Virus genome (UHGV): UHGV-0210052
DNA: 38,615 bases
Source of the DNA: a virus
Strand: one strand, 5' to 3'
Shown: in pieces, positions 20,698-30,054 of the stretch
Numbering within the stretch: position 1 is the stretch's first letter
Layout of the letters: each line of letters begins with the position of its first letter
Made by a program: the position numbers and the translations under genes
Notes under the pieces: generated by a model
The model's database searches: none
The model's input: the letters and a program-made list of their open reading frames with translations, nothing else
What the model was told of the DNA's origin: nothing

Positions 20698-22113
20698 TCA
20701 ACCTACACCACAAGGAATTGAGTAACTGGAATAGTCGGGTTGCGCAGCCGACTCCGGGCAATGCATACACATCATCAGCGCATCAGCCAGGTTAGGAGAT
20801 GGAATGCCGAGCTTCTGCTTCATTTCGACCTTAGTCATTAGCTCCAGCTTCCCGTTGTTATTGAATTTGCGCTGAATCTGCGTCAGTTCTGCAAACAGCT
20901 TCTCCAGCATCTTCTCGCCTATCGCTTCTTTGTCGAAACTCAGCATGTCGTCGGGGTCTGCATACTCACCGTGGACAACCGACCGATATGTCAGATAAAG
21001 CCTGTCAGCCAGCGCGTAATAGAATTGCGCTCGCTTATTGCGGAACACATCACCAATAGTGCGAACGTTGTCACCCTGTACGACTTCATCAGCCCATGCT
21101 CCGGCCTGATATGGCGCATCTTCATCGAATGGCGATTCGCTGCCCTTGAACATCGTGGCGGTGATTTTCTTGCCGGAGAACGCTTCCGTTGTCTGTCTGC
21201 GTAGCCCGGCACCAACACCATCACCATCCCACAGGTAATGGTCAGCGCCGTCTTCAATCGCCAGCGAAGTAGCCCAGTCAGCACCCTCGTTGATGTCCAT
21301 CAGCAGGCCTTCGGCAATGCGCTTAACAACCGAACCGTGACGCGATGCATAACCTTTAGCATCTGGCCCTGTATCTGATGGGTCATGCGCAGAGACAACA
21401 GCGCCTTTCGCTTTCCATCCGAGTTTCTTGTGCGCATCGGTTGCGGCTTCAAGCCATTCACGTTTGATGATTGCCATATCACTTGCGCTTACTGGCTCAC
21501 CAAGCCAGATGTGACGATACAGTGTCGGATTTCTGCGTTTGCACTCTTCCATCTCCAGACGGAGAACTTCAGGAAAGTGCGGATTGTCGGTGTAGTTCAC
21601 CGTCAGCAGGCAAATATCATCGGGAGGATTTACAACGAATCGCTGATAGGTATCGTCGAGTATGTTCTTCGGGTTAAAGCTCACCCATATTTCAGAGAAC
21701 GGCTTACGGATGGTTGGTATCAGGATATCCCATGATTCCTTCGTTACCGCTTCCGCTTCTTCCACCCAGCAGATATCAATGCCTTCGAGCGATTTAATCT
21801 TCGTCGGGTTGTTTTTGATGCCGTAGAACATGAACTCAGCATTCGTTCCGAGATGACGAATCATGGAACGCTGAATTTCAAACTCAGCCGAATACCCTTC
21901 ACGCTCGATGGTATCTTCAAGCAACCGGATTACCGAATCGCTGATACTGTTTTGCAGTTCACGAGCGCAGAGAATACGCACAGGCTGCCGACGTGCCGCC
22001 TCAACAAGCAGCCTCGCAATTGCCCATGATTTACCGCTACCTCGACCGCCTTTGGCAACTTTGTAGCGATGCGCCTCAATGAACGGTTCAAAGATAGGAT
22101 TAATCGAGGTCAT
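20698..22113 (-). CDS. terminase large subunit, 471 aa
   Basis: Walker A-like VAKGGRGSGKS near N-terminus; nuclease-type C-terminal half; overlaps terS by ATGA. Confidence 0.9.
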   Translation of the reverse strand: MTSINPIFEPFIEAHRYKVAKGGRGSGKSWAIARLLVEAARRQPVRILCARELQNSISDSVIRLLEDTIEREGYSAEFEIQRSMIRHLGTNAEFMFYGIKNNPTKIKSLEGIDICWVEEAEAVTKESWDILIPTIRKPFSEIWVSFNPKNILDDTYQRFVVNPPDDICLLTVNYTDNPHFPEVLRLEMEECKRRNPTLYRHIWLGEPVSASDMAIIKREWLEAATDAHKKLGWKAKGAVVSAHDPSDTGPDAKGYASRHGSVVKRIAEGLLMDINEGADWATSLAIEDGADHYLWDGDGVGAGLRRQTTEAFSGKKITATMFKGSESPFDEDAPYQAGAWADEVVQGDNVRTIGDVFRNKRAQFYYALADRLYLTYRSVVHGEYADPDDMLSFDKEAIGEKMLEKLFAELTQIQRKFNNNGKLELMTKVEMKQKLGIPSPNLADALMMCMHCPESAAQPDYSSYSIPCGVG

Positions 22114-22550
22114 TTTCCGAATAGAGTGCTCATCGGTGATGTTTCAATCTGAATTGCGCCGCCGTCTTTGCCTGTTAGCTCGTGATCAACCTTGTCGCGC
22201 CATTTATCCTTCTGTCGGTTCTTAAGCCAGAAGATGGCGGCGGTTGTATCAGGCGGGTAATACTTCTCAAGCGGAGTTTCGACAATTCTGTTTTCAATAA
22301 CACGAATATCGATGTCTGGAGCCACAAAGCCCATAGCGCGTTGATAAAGACGGTCACTAACTTCTGCATCAGCGACGGCCTTACCCTTTTTTATGGACTC
22401 CGAAAACTTAGGATAATCAAGCTTCCACTTGTTAATAGTTGACTCACTGACTTCAAAGAAATCAGCAAGTTCTGCATCGGTGTAGCCCAGCAAGCACAGT
22501 TTGCGTGCCTGTTCGGCATACGCCTCTTGATACTTTGTTGGGCGCGCCAT
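22110..22550 (-). CDS. terminase small subunit, 146 aa
   Basis: Immediately upstream of and coupled to terL; HTH-like N-terminus. Confidence 0.7.
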   Translation of the reverse strand: MARPTKYQEAYAEQARKLCLLGYTDAELADFFEVSESTINKWKLDYPKFSESIKKGKAVADAEVSDRLYQRAMGFVAPDIDIRVIENRIVETPLEKYYPPDTTAAIFWLKNRQKDKWRDKVDHELTGKDGGAIQIETSPMSTLFGK

Positions 22551-22552
22551 GT

Positions 22553-22795
22553 TTATGCTCCGGTAGTGAACAGGTCTAACGCTTCCTTCGATTTACGCAC
22601 TGCTTCGAATGTGCGGATCGTGATATCTGAATTAGCGCCGCCTGACTGGAAGTGAATTTTGAATAACTCAAGCTTCAGTTCGTCAGTGCCAATGAACTGA
22701 AATGCTTCCTCTGCGGCTGCGTTCTGGTTCATGACCAGTTTGTAAATCTCTAACTGGAATTTCTGTTCTTCAGTCATGGGAATAATCTCTGCCAT
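22553..22795 (-). CDS. hypothetical protein, 80 aa
   Basis: GGAG SD before ATG 22795; directly precedes terS. Confidence 0.45.
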   Translation of the reverse strand: MAEIIPMTEEQKFQLEIYKLVMNQNAAAEEAFQFIGTDELKLELFKIHFQSGGANSDITIRTFEAVRKSKEALDLFTTGA

Positions 22796-23147
22796 TGTTG
22801 GCTCCGTTTATCCGTTAAAAGGGATATCAGTTAAGTTATCCCGTGTAGGGTATAAGCCATTGTCGAGACCACTCATTGAATGGCCTCTGCAATAACCGAT
22901 GTCTTTCCATCAGTCCGCCACCACAAAGAATCTTTTTTGCCATAAGGCTGGAGGTTCATCTTTCAGTGGCTGCCAGTGTTATTTCCCCACTTACTGGCTT
23001 GGGTTGCTTCGTGGTACTGCCGTAACTGGTGGTGCACAGATTTAGTTAAATCTGTTCTCGCCTGAACTATTTTTTACATACCCGGATTGTGGGGATGTAA
23101 ATCACAGTTTCATTATCAAGCCCACCCGTAGATGGGATTTGGAATGG

Positions 23148-23666
23148 TCACTTTGGCAGTCCGGGGATCGATATTTGCGCCTGCTGCTCAAGCCTTTCGA
23201 TTCTTGCTATGAGTTGCGGTTTTTTGATCCTGCCCCAGCGGTTCAGCAAGCGTCCTGACATACTGGCAACATCCTTTTCCTTCATGAACTCCAGCATTAA
23301 CTCGTTGTGCTCTCTTTGGTATGAGTGAGCCATCTCCATCAGCCTGTCACGCATCCAATTAAATGCTTTGATAAACGCCTCTTTGATGGCGGCAGCTTTT
23401 TTGCCGGTAAACGACATGATGATGTACATCGCGCCGTCTTTGGAAATTTCATATTCAACATACTGATTACCCTTGTGTTCATAGGTAACCCGCGAAAAGT
23501 TGCTGGTTAGAAATTCATCCGAACAGTCTAGCTTTTCGATTTTCTGAATGATGTGGTGATGCTGCTTGTCGAAGTAAGCTGCTACCTTGCGGGAGGTTGT
23601 GATCACGCGATCACCAGAAACAACCACCATGTCCCGGAAATCGAGATTAGCCAATTGATGATTCAT
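23148..23666 (-). CDS. rha: Rha family phage regulatory protein, 172 aa
   Basis: VITTSRKVAAYFDKQHHHIIQKIEKL resembles the Rha N-terminal domain; same position as P22 rha; track TTG 23909 extension rejected because it spans a terminator hairpin. Confidence 0.65.
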   Translation of the reverse strand: MNHQLANLDFRDMVVVSGDRVITTSRKVAAYFDKQHHHIIQKIEKLDCSDEFLTSNFSRVTYEHKGNQYVEYEISKDGAMYIIMSFTGKKAAAIKEAFIKAFNWMRDRLMEMAHSYQREHNELMLEFMKEKDVASMSGRLLNRWGRIKKPQLIARIERLEQQAQISIPGLPK

Positions 23667-23805
23667 AGCGTCTTTACCTTTTAGAAAGTGAGCCTGTCTC
23701 ACAGAAAAGCCGCCCGAGAGAGGTCGCCACCTATAACGGCATTTCTCAGGCTCGCTTACTGAAAGGCTCTCGTTAATATGCGCGTGAGATGCGCTGTGAA
23801 ATTCA

Positions 23806-23834
23806 GATATAAAAAGCCCCGCGAATGCGAGGCT
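23806..23834 (-). terminator. terminator-like hairpin downstream of Rz
   Basis: On - strand AGCCUCGC-AUUC-GCGGGGCU (one G-U) followed by UUUUUAUAU. Confidence 0.45.
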
Positions 23835-24008
23835 AAATCCTGGTATTTGTAATGAACTGGCTCTTATCTCAACGCAGCCCCTTACCGCGCGCCAGATGCT
23901 CAACTTCAAGCATCAGCAATGAGATGTTTAATCTGGATTCACTCCAGAAGTGATCACCACCCTGTCTACAGAGCCAGATGTGAAGGATGATGAGTAAAAT
24001 TATCGCTA

Positions 24009-24446
24009 TCATCGAAGGCATTGCGTCCTGATGTATTCCTGCAAGTAGTTAACCTGCGCGGTTATCTTGTCGATTCCACTTCGGAGACGGTAATAATTGA
24101 GTTCAGCATCTGCTGTAAGTCTTGGGCTTTCTCCATCGCCCATGCCGCTGGCTCCGGTCGTTGACTTTGCACAGGTGGCGGCGACTTGCAGGCGCTTACG
24201 CCCAGCAGAAACATCAGCACGGAGACTTTCGATAGTCGCGTTAGCATCAGCAAGCTCCTTTGTGTATCTGGCGTCGAGTTCTGCTACATCACGTTGACGC
24301 TTCTGCATATCAGCGATGATGGATGTGGCTTTATCGCGCTGCTCTTTGTAGGTCATGGCGTTATCACGGTAATGATTAACAGCCCATGACAGGCAGACGA
24401 TGATGCAGATAACCAGAGCGGAGATAATCGCGGTTACTCTGCTCAT
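24009..24446 (-). CDS. Rz: Rz i-spanin, 145 aa
   Basis: N-terminal TM helix then charged coiled coil; follows lysozyme; overlaps R by ATGA. Confidence 0.85.
   Translation of the reverse strand: MSRVTAIISALVICIIVCLSWAVNHYRDNAMTYKEQRDKATSIIADMQKRQRDVAELDARYTKELADANATIESLRADVSAGRKRLQVAATCAKSTTGASGMGDGESPRLTADAELNYYRLRSGIDKITAQVNYLQEYIRTQCLR
24062..24253 (-). CDS. Rz1: Rz1 o-spanin lipoprotein embedded in Rz
   Basis: +1 frame inside Rz; signal peptide with lipobox LLGVSAC and Pro-rich mature part. Confidence 0.75.
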   Translation of the reverse strand: MLMLTRLSKVSVLMFLLGVSACKSPPPVQSQRPEPAAWAMEKAQDLQQMLNSIITVSEVESTR

Positions 24447-24919
24447 ACCTCAATCTCTCTGACCGTTCCGCCTGCTTCTTTGAATTTTGCAATCAGGCTG
24501 TCAGCCTTATGCTCGAACTGACCATAACCAGCGCCCGGCAGTGAAGCCCAGATATTACTGCAACGGTCGATAGCCTGACGAATATCACCGCGATCAATCA
24601 TCGGTAAAGCGCCACGCTCTTTAATCTGTTGCAGTGCCACAGCGTCCTGGCTTTTCGGAGAGAAGTCTTTCAGGCCAAGCTGCTTACGATAGGCATCCCA
24701 CCAACGGGAAAGAAGCTGATAGCGCCCGGCTGCTGTTGATTTGAGTTTTGGGTTTAGCGTGACAAGTTTGCGAGGGTGATCTGAGTAATCAGTGAATAGC
24801 TCTCCGCCTACAATGACGTCATAACCATGATTTCTGGTTTTCTGTCGTCCGTTATCAGTTCCCTCTGACCACGCCAGCATATCGAGGAACGCCTTACGTT
24901 GATTATTGATTTCCACCAT
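24443..24919 (-). CDS. R: lambda R-type lytic transglycosylase (endolysin), 158 aa
   Basis: Sequence from [34 protein letters not shown] matches lambda R almost exactly as recalled. Confidence 0.9.
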   Translation of the reverse strand: MVEINNQRKAFLDMLAWSEGTDNGRQKTRNHGYDVIVGGELFTDYSDHPRKLVTLNPKLKSTAAGRYQLLSRWWDAYRKQLGLKDFSPKSQDAVALQQIKERGALPMIDRGDIRQAIDRCSNIWASLPGAGYGQFEHKADSLIAKFKEAGGTVREIEV

Positions 24920-25226
24920 CTTCTACTCCGGCTTTTTTAGCAGCGAAGCGTTTGATAAGCGAACCAATCGAGTCAGTACCGATGTAGCCGATAAACACGC
25001 TCGTTATATAAGCGAGATTGCTACTTAGTCCGGCGAAGTCGAGAAGGTCACGAATGAACCAGGCGATAATGGCGCACATCGTTGCGTCGATTACTGTTTT
25101 TGTAAACGCACCGCCATTATATCTGCCGCGAAGGTACGCCATTGCAAACGCAAGGATTGCCCCGATGCCTTGTTCCTTTGCCGCGAGAATGGCGGCTAAC
25201 AGGTCATGTTTTTCTGGCATCTTCAT
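24903..25226 (-). CDS. S: lambda S-type holin/antiholin, 107 aa
   Basis: [10 protein letters not shown] dual-start motif and three TM segments; matches lambda S as recalled. Confidence 0.9.
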   Translation of the reverse strand: MKMPEKHDLLAAILAAKEQGIGAILAFAMAYLRGRYNGGAFTKTVIDATMCAIIAWFIRDLLDFAGLSSNLAYITSVFIGYIGTDSIGSLIKRFAAKKAGVEDGGNQ

Positions 25227-25471
25227 GTCTTACCCCCAATAAGGGGATTTGCTCTATTTAATTAGGAATAAGGTCGATTACTGATAGAACAAATCCAGGC
25301 TACTGTGTTTAGTAATCAGATTTGTTCGTGACCGATATGCACGGGCAAAACGGCAGGAGGTTGTTAGCGCGACCTCCTGCCACCCGCTTTCACGAAGATC
25401 ATGTGTAGAAGGCAGCAGCGTAACTATCACTGATGAATTCAGGATAGCCAGTGGCTACGGCTCAGTTTGGG

Positions 25472-25598
25472 TTGTGGCGGCCGGAATCGAACCGGCTTCC
25501 ATCGGTGCGCTGCCGATTGCAGTACGCGCGGCGGTCAGCTACATGACTAGTATTTTCACTGTCGCCTATCTGCTAGCTCGCCATTGAGCTTCACCACA
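25472..25598 (-). other. tRNA-like element (T-arm plus acceptor stem) with oversized central region
   Basis: On - strand GCCGG-TTCGATT-CCGGC T-arm, 7 bp acceptor-like pairing (TGTGGTG/CGCCACA) and GCTC...GAGC D-stem, but about 127 nt total. Confidence 0.3.
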
Positions 25599-25674
25599 AC
25601 GATAAGAGCACTGCGCGGCACCTTTCACCAATTCCGCGAGGTCTGCGGGTTCAATGCTCTTACCTGTTGCACAG

Positions 25675-25737
25675 ATATAAAAAATCCCGAAACCGTTATG
25701 CAGGCTCTAACTATTACCTGCGAACTGTTTCGGGATT
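25675..25737 (-). terminator. tR' (late 6S RNA terminator)
   Basis: On - strand AATCCCGAAAC...GTTTCGGGATTTTTTAT, same as the lambda tR' hairpin as recalled. Confidence 0.7.
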
Positions 25738-25877
25738 GCATTTTGCAGACCTCTCAGCCTGCGATGGTTGGAGTTCCAGACGATACGTCGAAGTGACCAA
25801 CTAGGCGGAATCGGTAGTAAGCGCCGCCTCTTTTTATCTCACTACCACAACGAGCGAATTAACCCATCGTTGGGTCA

Positions 25878-25906
25878 AATTTACCCAACTTTATTCAAAA
25901 AGTCAA
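25878..25906 (-). promoter_or_regulatory. late promoter PR' (with qut region downstream)
   Basis: On - strand TTGACT, 17 bp spacer, TAAATT immediately after Q stop, matching lambda PR' architecture. Confidence 0.65.
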
Positions 25907-25948
25907 TATCATGCCGTTAATATGTTGCCATCCGTGGCAATCATGCTG

Positions 25949-26572
25949 CTAACGTGTGACCGCGTTCAAAATGTTGTCTGCGATTGACTCTTCCTTGTGG
26001 CATTGCACCACCAGAGCGTCATACAGCGGCTTAACAGTTCGTGACCAGGTGGGTTGGGTAAGGTTGGGGATTAGCATCGTTACAGCGCGATATGCGGCGC
26101 TTGCTGGCATCCTAGAATAGCCGACGCCTTTGCATCTTCCGCACTCTTTCTCGACAACTCTCCCCCACTGCTCTGTTTTGGCAATATCAACGGCCCGGCC
26201 AGTACCGTGGCAATCTCTGCATCTTGCGCCCGGTGTCGCGGCACTACGGCAATAATCCGCATAAGCGAATGTTGCGAGCACTTGCAGTACCTTCGCCTTA
26301 GTATTTCCTTCGAGCTTTGCCACACCACGGTATTTCCCCGATACCTTGTGTGCAAATTGCATCAGATAGTTGATAGCCTTTTGTTTGTCGTTCTGGCTGA
26401 GTTCGTGCTTACCACAGAATGCAGCCATTCCGAATCCGGCTTGTGATTGCGCCATCCCCATGGCAGCCATCACATCAGTACCGGAAAGAGAGTCAGAAGC
26501 CGTGGCCCGTGGTGAGTCGCTCATCATCGGGCTTTTTGGCGAATGAAATTTAGCTACGCTTTCGAGTCTCAT
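25949..26572 (-). CDS. Q: late antiterminator Q, lambda type, 207 aa
   Basis: Matches lambda Q as recalled, including CRDCHGTGR...CGRCKGVG zinc motif. Confidence 0.9.
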   Translation of the reverse strand: MRLESVAKFHSPKSPMMSDSPRATASDSLSGTDVMAAMGMAQSQAGFGMAAFCGKHELSQNDKQKAINYLMQFAHKVSGKYRGVAKLEGNTKAKVLQVLATFAYADYCRSAATPGARCRDCHGTGRAVDIAKTEQWGRVVEKECGRCKGVGYSRMPASAAYRAVTMLIPNLTQPTWSRTVKPLYDALVVQCHKEESIADNILNAVTR

Positions 26573-26757
26573 CGTCTCCCCCTCTTGCCCTGTTTGACCA
26601 TCAGGACGCCGTTAACTATTACGTGACGTTCGCCTTTGCTGTCTCGGTTGTACTTGAGCACCGTTCCTCTTGCGCAGGAAAGCATCCTCGCCACTTCGGT
26701 CTGATTGCCTCGTGTCTGGATAAGAAGCTCTGGTATCGTTTGAATTGTGGCGTTCAT
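26569..26757 (-). CDS. ninH: NinH-like protein, 62 aa
   Basis: GNQTEVARMLSCARGTVLKY motif resembles lambda NinH; directly upstream of Q. Confidence 0.7.
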   Translation of the reverse strand: MNATIQTIPELLIQTRGNQTEVARMLSCARGTVLKYNRDSKGERHVIVNGVLMVKQGKRGRR

Positions 26758-27116
26758 ACGTTCTCCAGTTCGGTGATTTTTATTCCAAGCCTTCCGCCTG
26801 GTACTTTCACGCCACGAATTACGCGAATGTCATCGAATTGCTCGTCGTCTTCCGCAAATCCGGCGTGGATAAGGGAGTCGAGTAAACCCTTCAGGATGTT
26901 ATCGAGGTCGCGGCGGCGGGAGTCTGGAACGTCTGCGATGACTTTGATGCGGAGTCGTGATTTGGTGAAAATATCTAACTTGAGTTGGCGGATGATTTTC
27001 TGAACGTCTTTTCTGTATTTCTGGCCTTTATCGCTGATGTAGTATTGGCTTCCCCTTCTTCGCCAGTAGGTATTCACCGACGGCGGGTATGGAAGCACAA
27101 ACTGATATTCGTTCAT
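26754..27116 (-). CDS. rusA: RusA Holliday junction resolvase, 120 aa
   Basis: N-terminal LPYPPSVNTYWRRRG and DxRRRDLDN catalytic motif. Confidence 0.85.
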   Translation of the reverse strand: MNEYQFVLPYPPSVNTYWRRRGSQYYISDKGQKYRKDVQKIIRQLKLDIFTKSRLRIKVIADVPDSRRRDLDNILKGLLDSLIHAGFAEDDEQFDDIRVIRGVKVPGGRLGIKITELENV

Positions 27117-27403
27117 GGCTTAATCTTTCCCTCCTTCAGTAGTATCACCTGCGTCCTGATCACGCCTTCGAGGTGGTAAAGTCTGGCGTCTTTGTTGTCG
27201 AGATTATGGGTGCGTCGGTCGATTTCATCGTGACACGCGCTACAAGCCCATGCGCCGATCAGGTCGTCAGGCTTCATTCCCGTTCCGCAAATTCCAGCCA
27301 TCCGGTAATGTGCCAGAACTGTAGTTTCAGGGTTGCCATTGCATACGCCGTAAATACGTACCTGACATTCTCTTCCGCGCGCTTCTTTGCGTAGGTTAGC
27401 CAT
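27113..27403 (-). CDS. YbcO-like DUF1364 protein, 96 aa
   Basis: RGRECQVRI..VCNGNPETTVLAH..CHDEIDRRTH resembles DLP12 YbcO as recalled. Confidence 0.7.
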   Translation of the reverse strand: MANLRKEARGRECQVRIYGVCNGNPETTVLAHYRMAGICGTGMKPDDLIGAWACSACHDEIDRRTHNLDNKDARLYHLEGVIRTQVILLKEGKIKP

Positions 27404-28125
27404 TAAGCAGCCTCCCCTGTTACTTTCAGCATTCCGTTATCGTGCAGCTTTCTGGTCAGCCACTGTTGACCACGCCCGGTGATTTTTGTGGTGAACGATA
27501 TCTGTATTCCGTGATTTGTGTTGACCGCTGTTTCTTTCACTGTGAAATAGCCGCGATCCATATATTCCTGCATTGGCACATTTCGCCGGGAACCTGAAGC
27601 AATAAGGATTTTGTGATCGCGCATCCACGCAAACAGTTTGTTTGGACCAATTCCAACAACCTTTGCAAAGTTTCCAATCAAAATTCCGCTGGCCTCGCCA
27701 ACGCGATCGGCAAACTCAACTTTAGGTGCGGCAATTGCGAGCTGGTTTTCCAGTTGCATTTTCTGCTCAGCAAGATCAGCAGCAAGGCGCAACGCTTCTG
27801 GTAGCGTTTTGGGGATATTAACCGCAGTTTCCTCAAGCTCTCGCCAACGGTCAACAAGACGAGCGGTGAATTCCGGCGACAACTGAGCGACGACAATAAT
27901 GCTGTCTCGCTTACCTTGTTCGCCCTCAAAAACGTAAGCCTCTACGCCACGAAGTAATCCTAAGTTATTGATTTTTTCGAAAACCACCATTGGGGGATTT
28001 CGGATCACACCTCGAGCCGCCAGTCGTTCAATAGATTGTTTCACCTTGTCATGACGACTTCCCACCAACTCAGCGATTTCAATGCTTGTCATTTTGATGG
28101 AATTGCCATTTATTAACTCATTCAT
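27403..28125 (-). CDS. putative antirepressor (Rha/AntA-like N-terminus, KilAC-like C-terminus), 240 aa
   Basis: N-terminal TSIEIAELVGSRHDKVKQSIERL DNA-binding-like segment; family assignment from motif memory. Confidence 0.6.
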   Translation of the reverse strand: MNELINGNSIKMTSIEIAELVGSRHDKVKQSIERLAARGVIRNPPMVVFEKINNLGLLRGVEAYVFEGEQGKRDSIIVVAQLSPEFTARLVDRWRELEETAVNIPKTLPEALRLAADLAEQKMQLENQLAIAAPKVEFADRVGEASGILIGNFAKVVGIGPNKLFAWMRDHKILIASGSRRNVPMQEYMDRGYFTVKETAVNTNHGIQISFTTKITGRGQQWLTRKLHDNGMLKVTGEAA

Positions 28126-28288
28126 CGTCTTCTTCCTCGTACATTGAGCTGTTCGGATCGCTCATCAGTTCTGCGCAGCAGTGCTCACACATGTGAACTT
28201 CCAGCACATGCAGCTTCTGACCGCAGTTAGCGCACGTTAAAGCTCGCTCGACGCTTTCTTGTTCGTAACTTCGATTTTGGTCAATCAC
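28118..28288 (-). CDS. ninF: NinF-like small Cys-rich protein, 56 aa
   Basis: Manual translation gives (V)[55 protein letters not shown], matching lambda NinF as recalled; GTG start overlaps ninE stop. Confidence 0.55.
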   Translation of the reverse strand: MIDQNRSYEQESVERALTCANCGQKLHVLEVHMCEHCCAELMSDPNSSMYEEEDDE

Positions 28289-28467
28289 CTTGTTTTCCTC
28301 GCACGTTCTCTAAGCCACCGGATATCCCACAGGTGAGCCGTGTAGTTGAAGGTTTTTACGTCAGATTCTTTTGGGATTGGCTTGCGTTTATTTCTGGAGC
28401 GTTTCGTTGGAATGTATTTGCAGTTTTCGCAGATGATGTCGGTGAAACTTCGTCGCTGTCGCCTCAT
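28285..28467 (-). CDS. ninE: NinE-like protein, 60 aa
   Basis: [27 protein letters not shown]... matches lambda NinE as recalled; track start 28557 would overlap the methylase. Confidence 0.7.
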   Translation of the reverse strand: MRRQRRSFTDIICENCKYIPTKRSRNKRKPIPKESDVKTFNYTAHLWDIRWLRERARKTR

Positions 28468-28991
28468 GCCGCCCTCCTGACGCCCTGCCCGATCGCCATC
28501 AATGCCGCTTTGGATACGGTAGTAAACATCCGTCGAGGACTGATGAACGGTCGCCAAATCAGCAGCATGGAGCCTTTGCTGTTTCCCTTCTTCTCCAGCC
28601 CTGTCGATGGTTCGATAAAATTAATCCGTCCATCAGTGATAATGCGAACTTCGTCGACACTCTCCAGAGCCTTGCTGAACCATCCGACTGACATATCCTC
28701 TGGCACAAGCATAACTACCGTCTGTCGCTGTTGTATGCACTGCTCAGCGGCTTTTTCCACCCACGGCCTGATATTGCTGTACGGTGGGTTATTCCAGATT
28801 GCACCGTGGCTTATCCACTCAGAATTTAGCGCGTCGTCGGCCTCAGTTAACCAGTGAGCGCACAGAGCATTTTTGTCGCTCGCTGCCGAATCCAGCCAGA
28901 ATCCAAACTCAATATCCAGTGCATCAAAAAGCCAAAGCGGCGTTTGCCAGCAGTCCTTGTCGTGTGCCGGCGTATTTGATTTGATAGTCAT
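28464..28991 (-). CDS. phage Dam-family N6-adenine DNA methyltransferase, 175 aa
   Basis: [10 protein letters not shown] and NPPYS motifs; ATG 28991 has GGAG SD and overlaps ninB stop (ATGA). Confidence 0.7.
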   Translation of the reverse strand: MTIKSNTPAHDKDCWQTPLWLFDALDIEFGFWLDSAASDKNALCAHWLTEADDALNSEWISHGAIWNNPPYSNIRPWVEKAAEQCIQQRQTVVMLVPEDMSVGWFSKALESVDEVRIITDGRINFIEPSTGLEKKGNSKGSMLLIWRPFISPRRMFTTVSKAALMAIGQGVRRAA

Positions 28992-29431
28992 GCAGCCCGA
29001 TCTCCCCATCGCGCTTTCCATTCGAGAGCCAGTCGCGCTTCGTCTGACCACTTAACGCCACGCTCTGTCCCGAATGCCTGTATAAGCTCTAATAGCTCAG
29101 CAAATTCGCTTACACGCATCCTGCTGGTTGACTGGCCTATTACCACAAAGCCATTCCCGGCAAGGTTAGGAACAACATCCTGCTGCTTTAATGCTGCGGT
29201 AAACACACACTTCCAGCTTTCTGCATCCAGCCAGCGACCATGCCATTCAACCTGACGAGAGACGTCACCTAAGCAGGCCCATAGCTTCCTGTTTTGGTCT
29301 AAGCTGCGGTTGCGTTCCTGAATGGTTACTACGATTGGTTTGGTTGGGTCTGGAAGAATTTGCTGGATAGCTTGAATGGCGTTCTGCTGATGGATGGGGC
29401 TTCTTAGTTCAAACGTTAGTTTCCTCACCAT
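28988..29431 (-). CDS. ninB: NinB recombination protein, 147 aa
   Basis: Near-identical to lambda NinB as recalled (IVVTIQERNRSLDQNRKLWACLGDVSRQVEWHGRWLDAESWKC). Confidence 0.85.
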   Translation of the reverse strand: MVRKLTFELRSPIHQQNAIQAIQQILPDPTKPIVVTIQERNRSLDQNRKLWACLGDVSRQVEWHGRWLDAESWKCVFTAALKQQDVVPNLAGNGFVVIGQSTSRMRVSEFAELLELIQAFGTERGVKWSDEARLALEWKARWGDRAA

Positions 29432-29573
29432 TTACGCTCCTGTAATCGTCAAGTGCAGCTGCAATAGTCCCTATCGGGTCATGGTCTTGCCCGATAATCT
29501 CATTTACGTTTTCATCTTCTTCCACACCGAAAAAGAATCGCAGGGCTAACATGATTTCTTCGTATGCGCTCAT
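29409..29573 (-). CDS. small hypothetical protein, 54 aa
   Basis: ATG 29573 with AAGGAG SD 7 nt upstream; track start 29621 rejected. Confidence 0.45.
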   Translation of the reverse strand: MSAYEEIMLALRFFFGVEEDENVNEIIGQDHDPIGTIAAALDDYRSVNGEETNV

Positions 29574-29575
29574 AC

Positions 29576-29842
29576 TCACTCCTTCACTTTGACTCCAGCA
29601 GCGCGAATCCGTCCTTCGCATTCACTAATTGCGTCGTTATAACCAAATGTGACCCCATCCTCGAAATCGGTAGAAAATGCCTCACGCTCTCTTTTTCCAG
29701 GACACTCAATCTCGATAGCTGCTCGCGATGCCTGCCACGCTTGCCAATACATCTCAACCATATTGGCGTATATTTTATTTTTAGGATCACATCCGGTGTA
29801 ATTTTCAAACCATTCTTCAAACTGCTTTCTTGATTCGTCCAT
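29576..29842 (-). CDS. hypothetical nin-region protein, 88 aa
   Basis: Intact ORF in co-directional nin gene block. Confidence 0.5.
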   Translation of the reverse strand: MDESRKQFEEWFENYTGCDPKNKIYANMVEMYWQAWQASRAAIEIECPGKREREAFSTDFEDGVTFGYNDAISECEGRIRAAGVKVKE

Positions 29843-29853
29843 ATCAATCCCCG

Positions 29854-30054
29854 TTATGACAGGTTAATTTTCACCCAACCCTTCCCACGCACATTTGCAA
29901 CAAGCCCTTTCTTTCTCAGGTATTGCATACGGCGATCGATGGTTTCGATATACATTCCATTGCTCCGCCATTTAAGCCAGATATCAAAAACAGGTGTTGG
30001 TCTTTCACTCAGCATTGAAAGAATGTTTTGATCTAATTTTTCGTACTTGCTCAC
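29854..30054 (-). CDS. hypothetical protein, 66 aa
   Basis: Intact ORF; basic C-terminus; coupled to upstream gene. Confidence 0.5.
   Translation of the reverse strand: MSKYEKLDQNILSMLSERPTPVFDIWLKWRSNGMYIETIDRRMQYLRKKGLVANVRGKGWVKINLS

Noticed and set aside
23667-23909. N-terminal extension of the Rha ORF (track 253 aa, TTG start)
   Set aside because: The extension spans a terminator-like hairpin and is low-complexity; the Rha-like domain begins at ATG 23666.
25472-25598. Canonical tRNA gene in the Q-S interval
   Set aside because: T-arm and acceptor pairing are present but the element is about 127 nt and no standard anticodon arm can be drawn; kept as a tRNA-like finding, not annotated as tRNA.
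25227-25948. Toxin or virulence cargo gene downstream of Q, as in Stx phages
   Set aside because: The interval has no ORF of meaningful size; it holds PR', tR' and structured leader sequence only.
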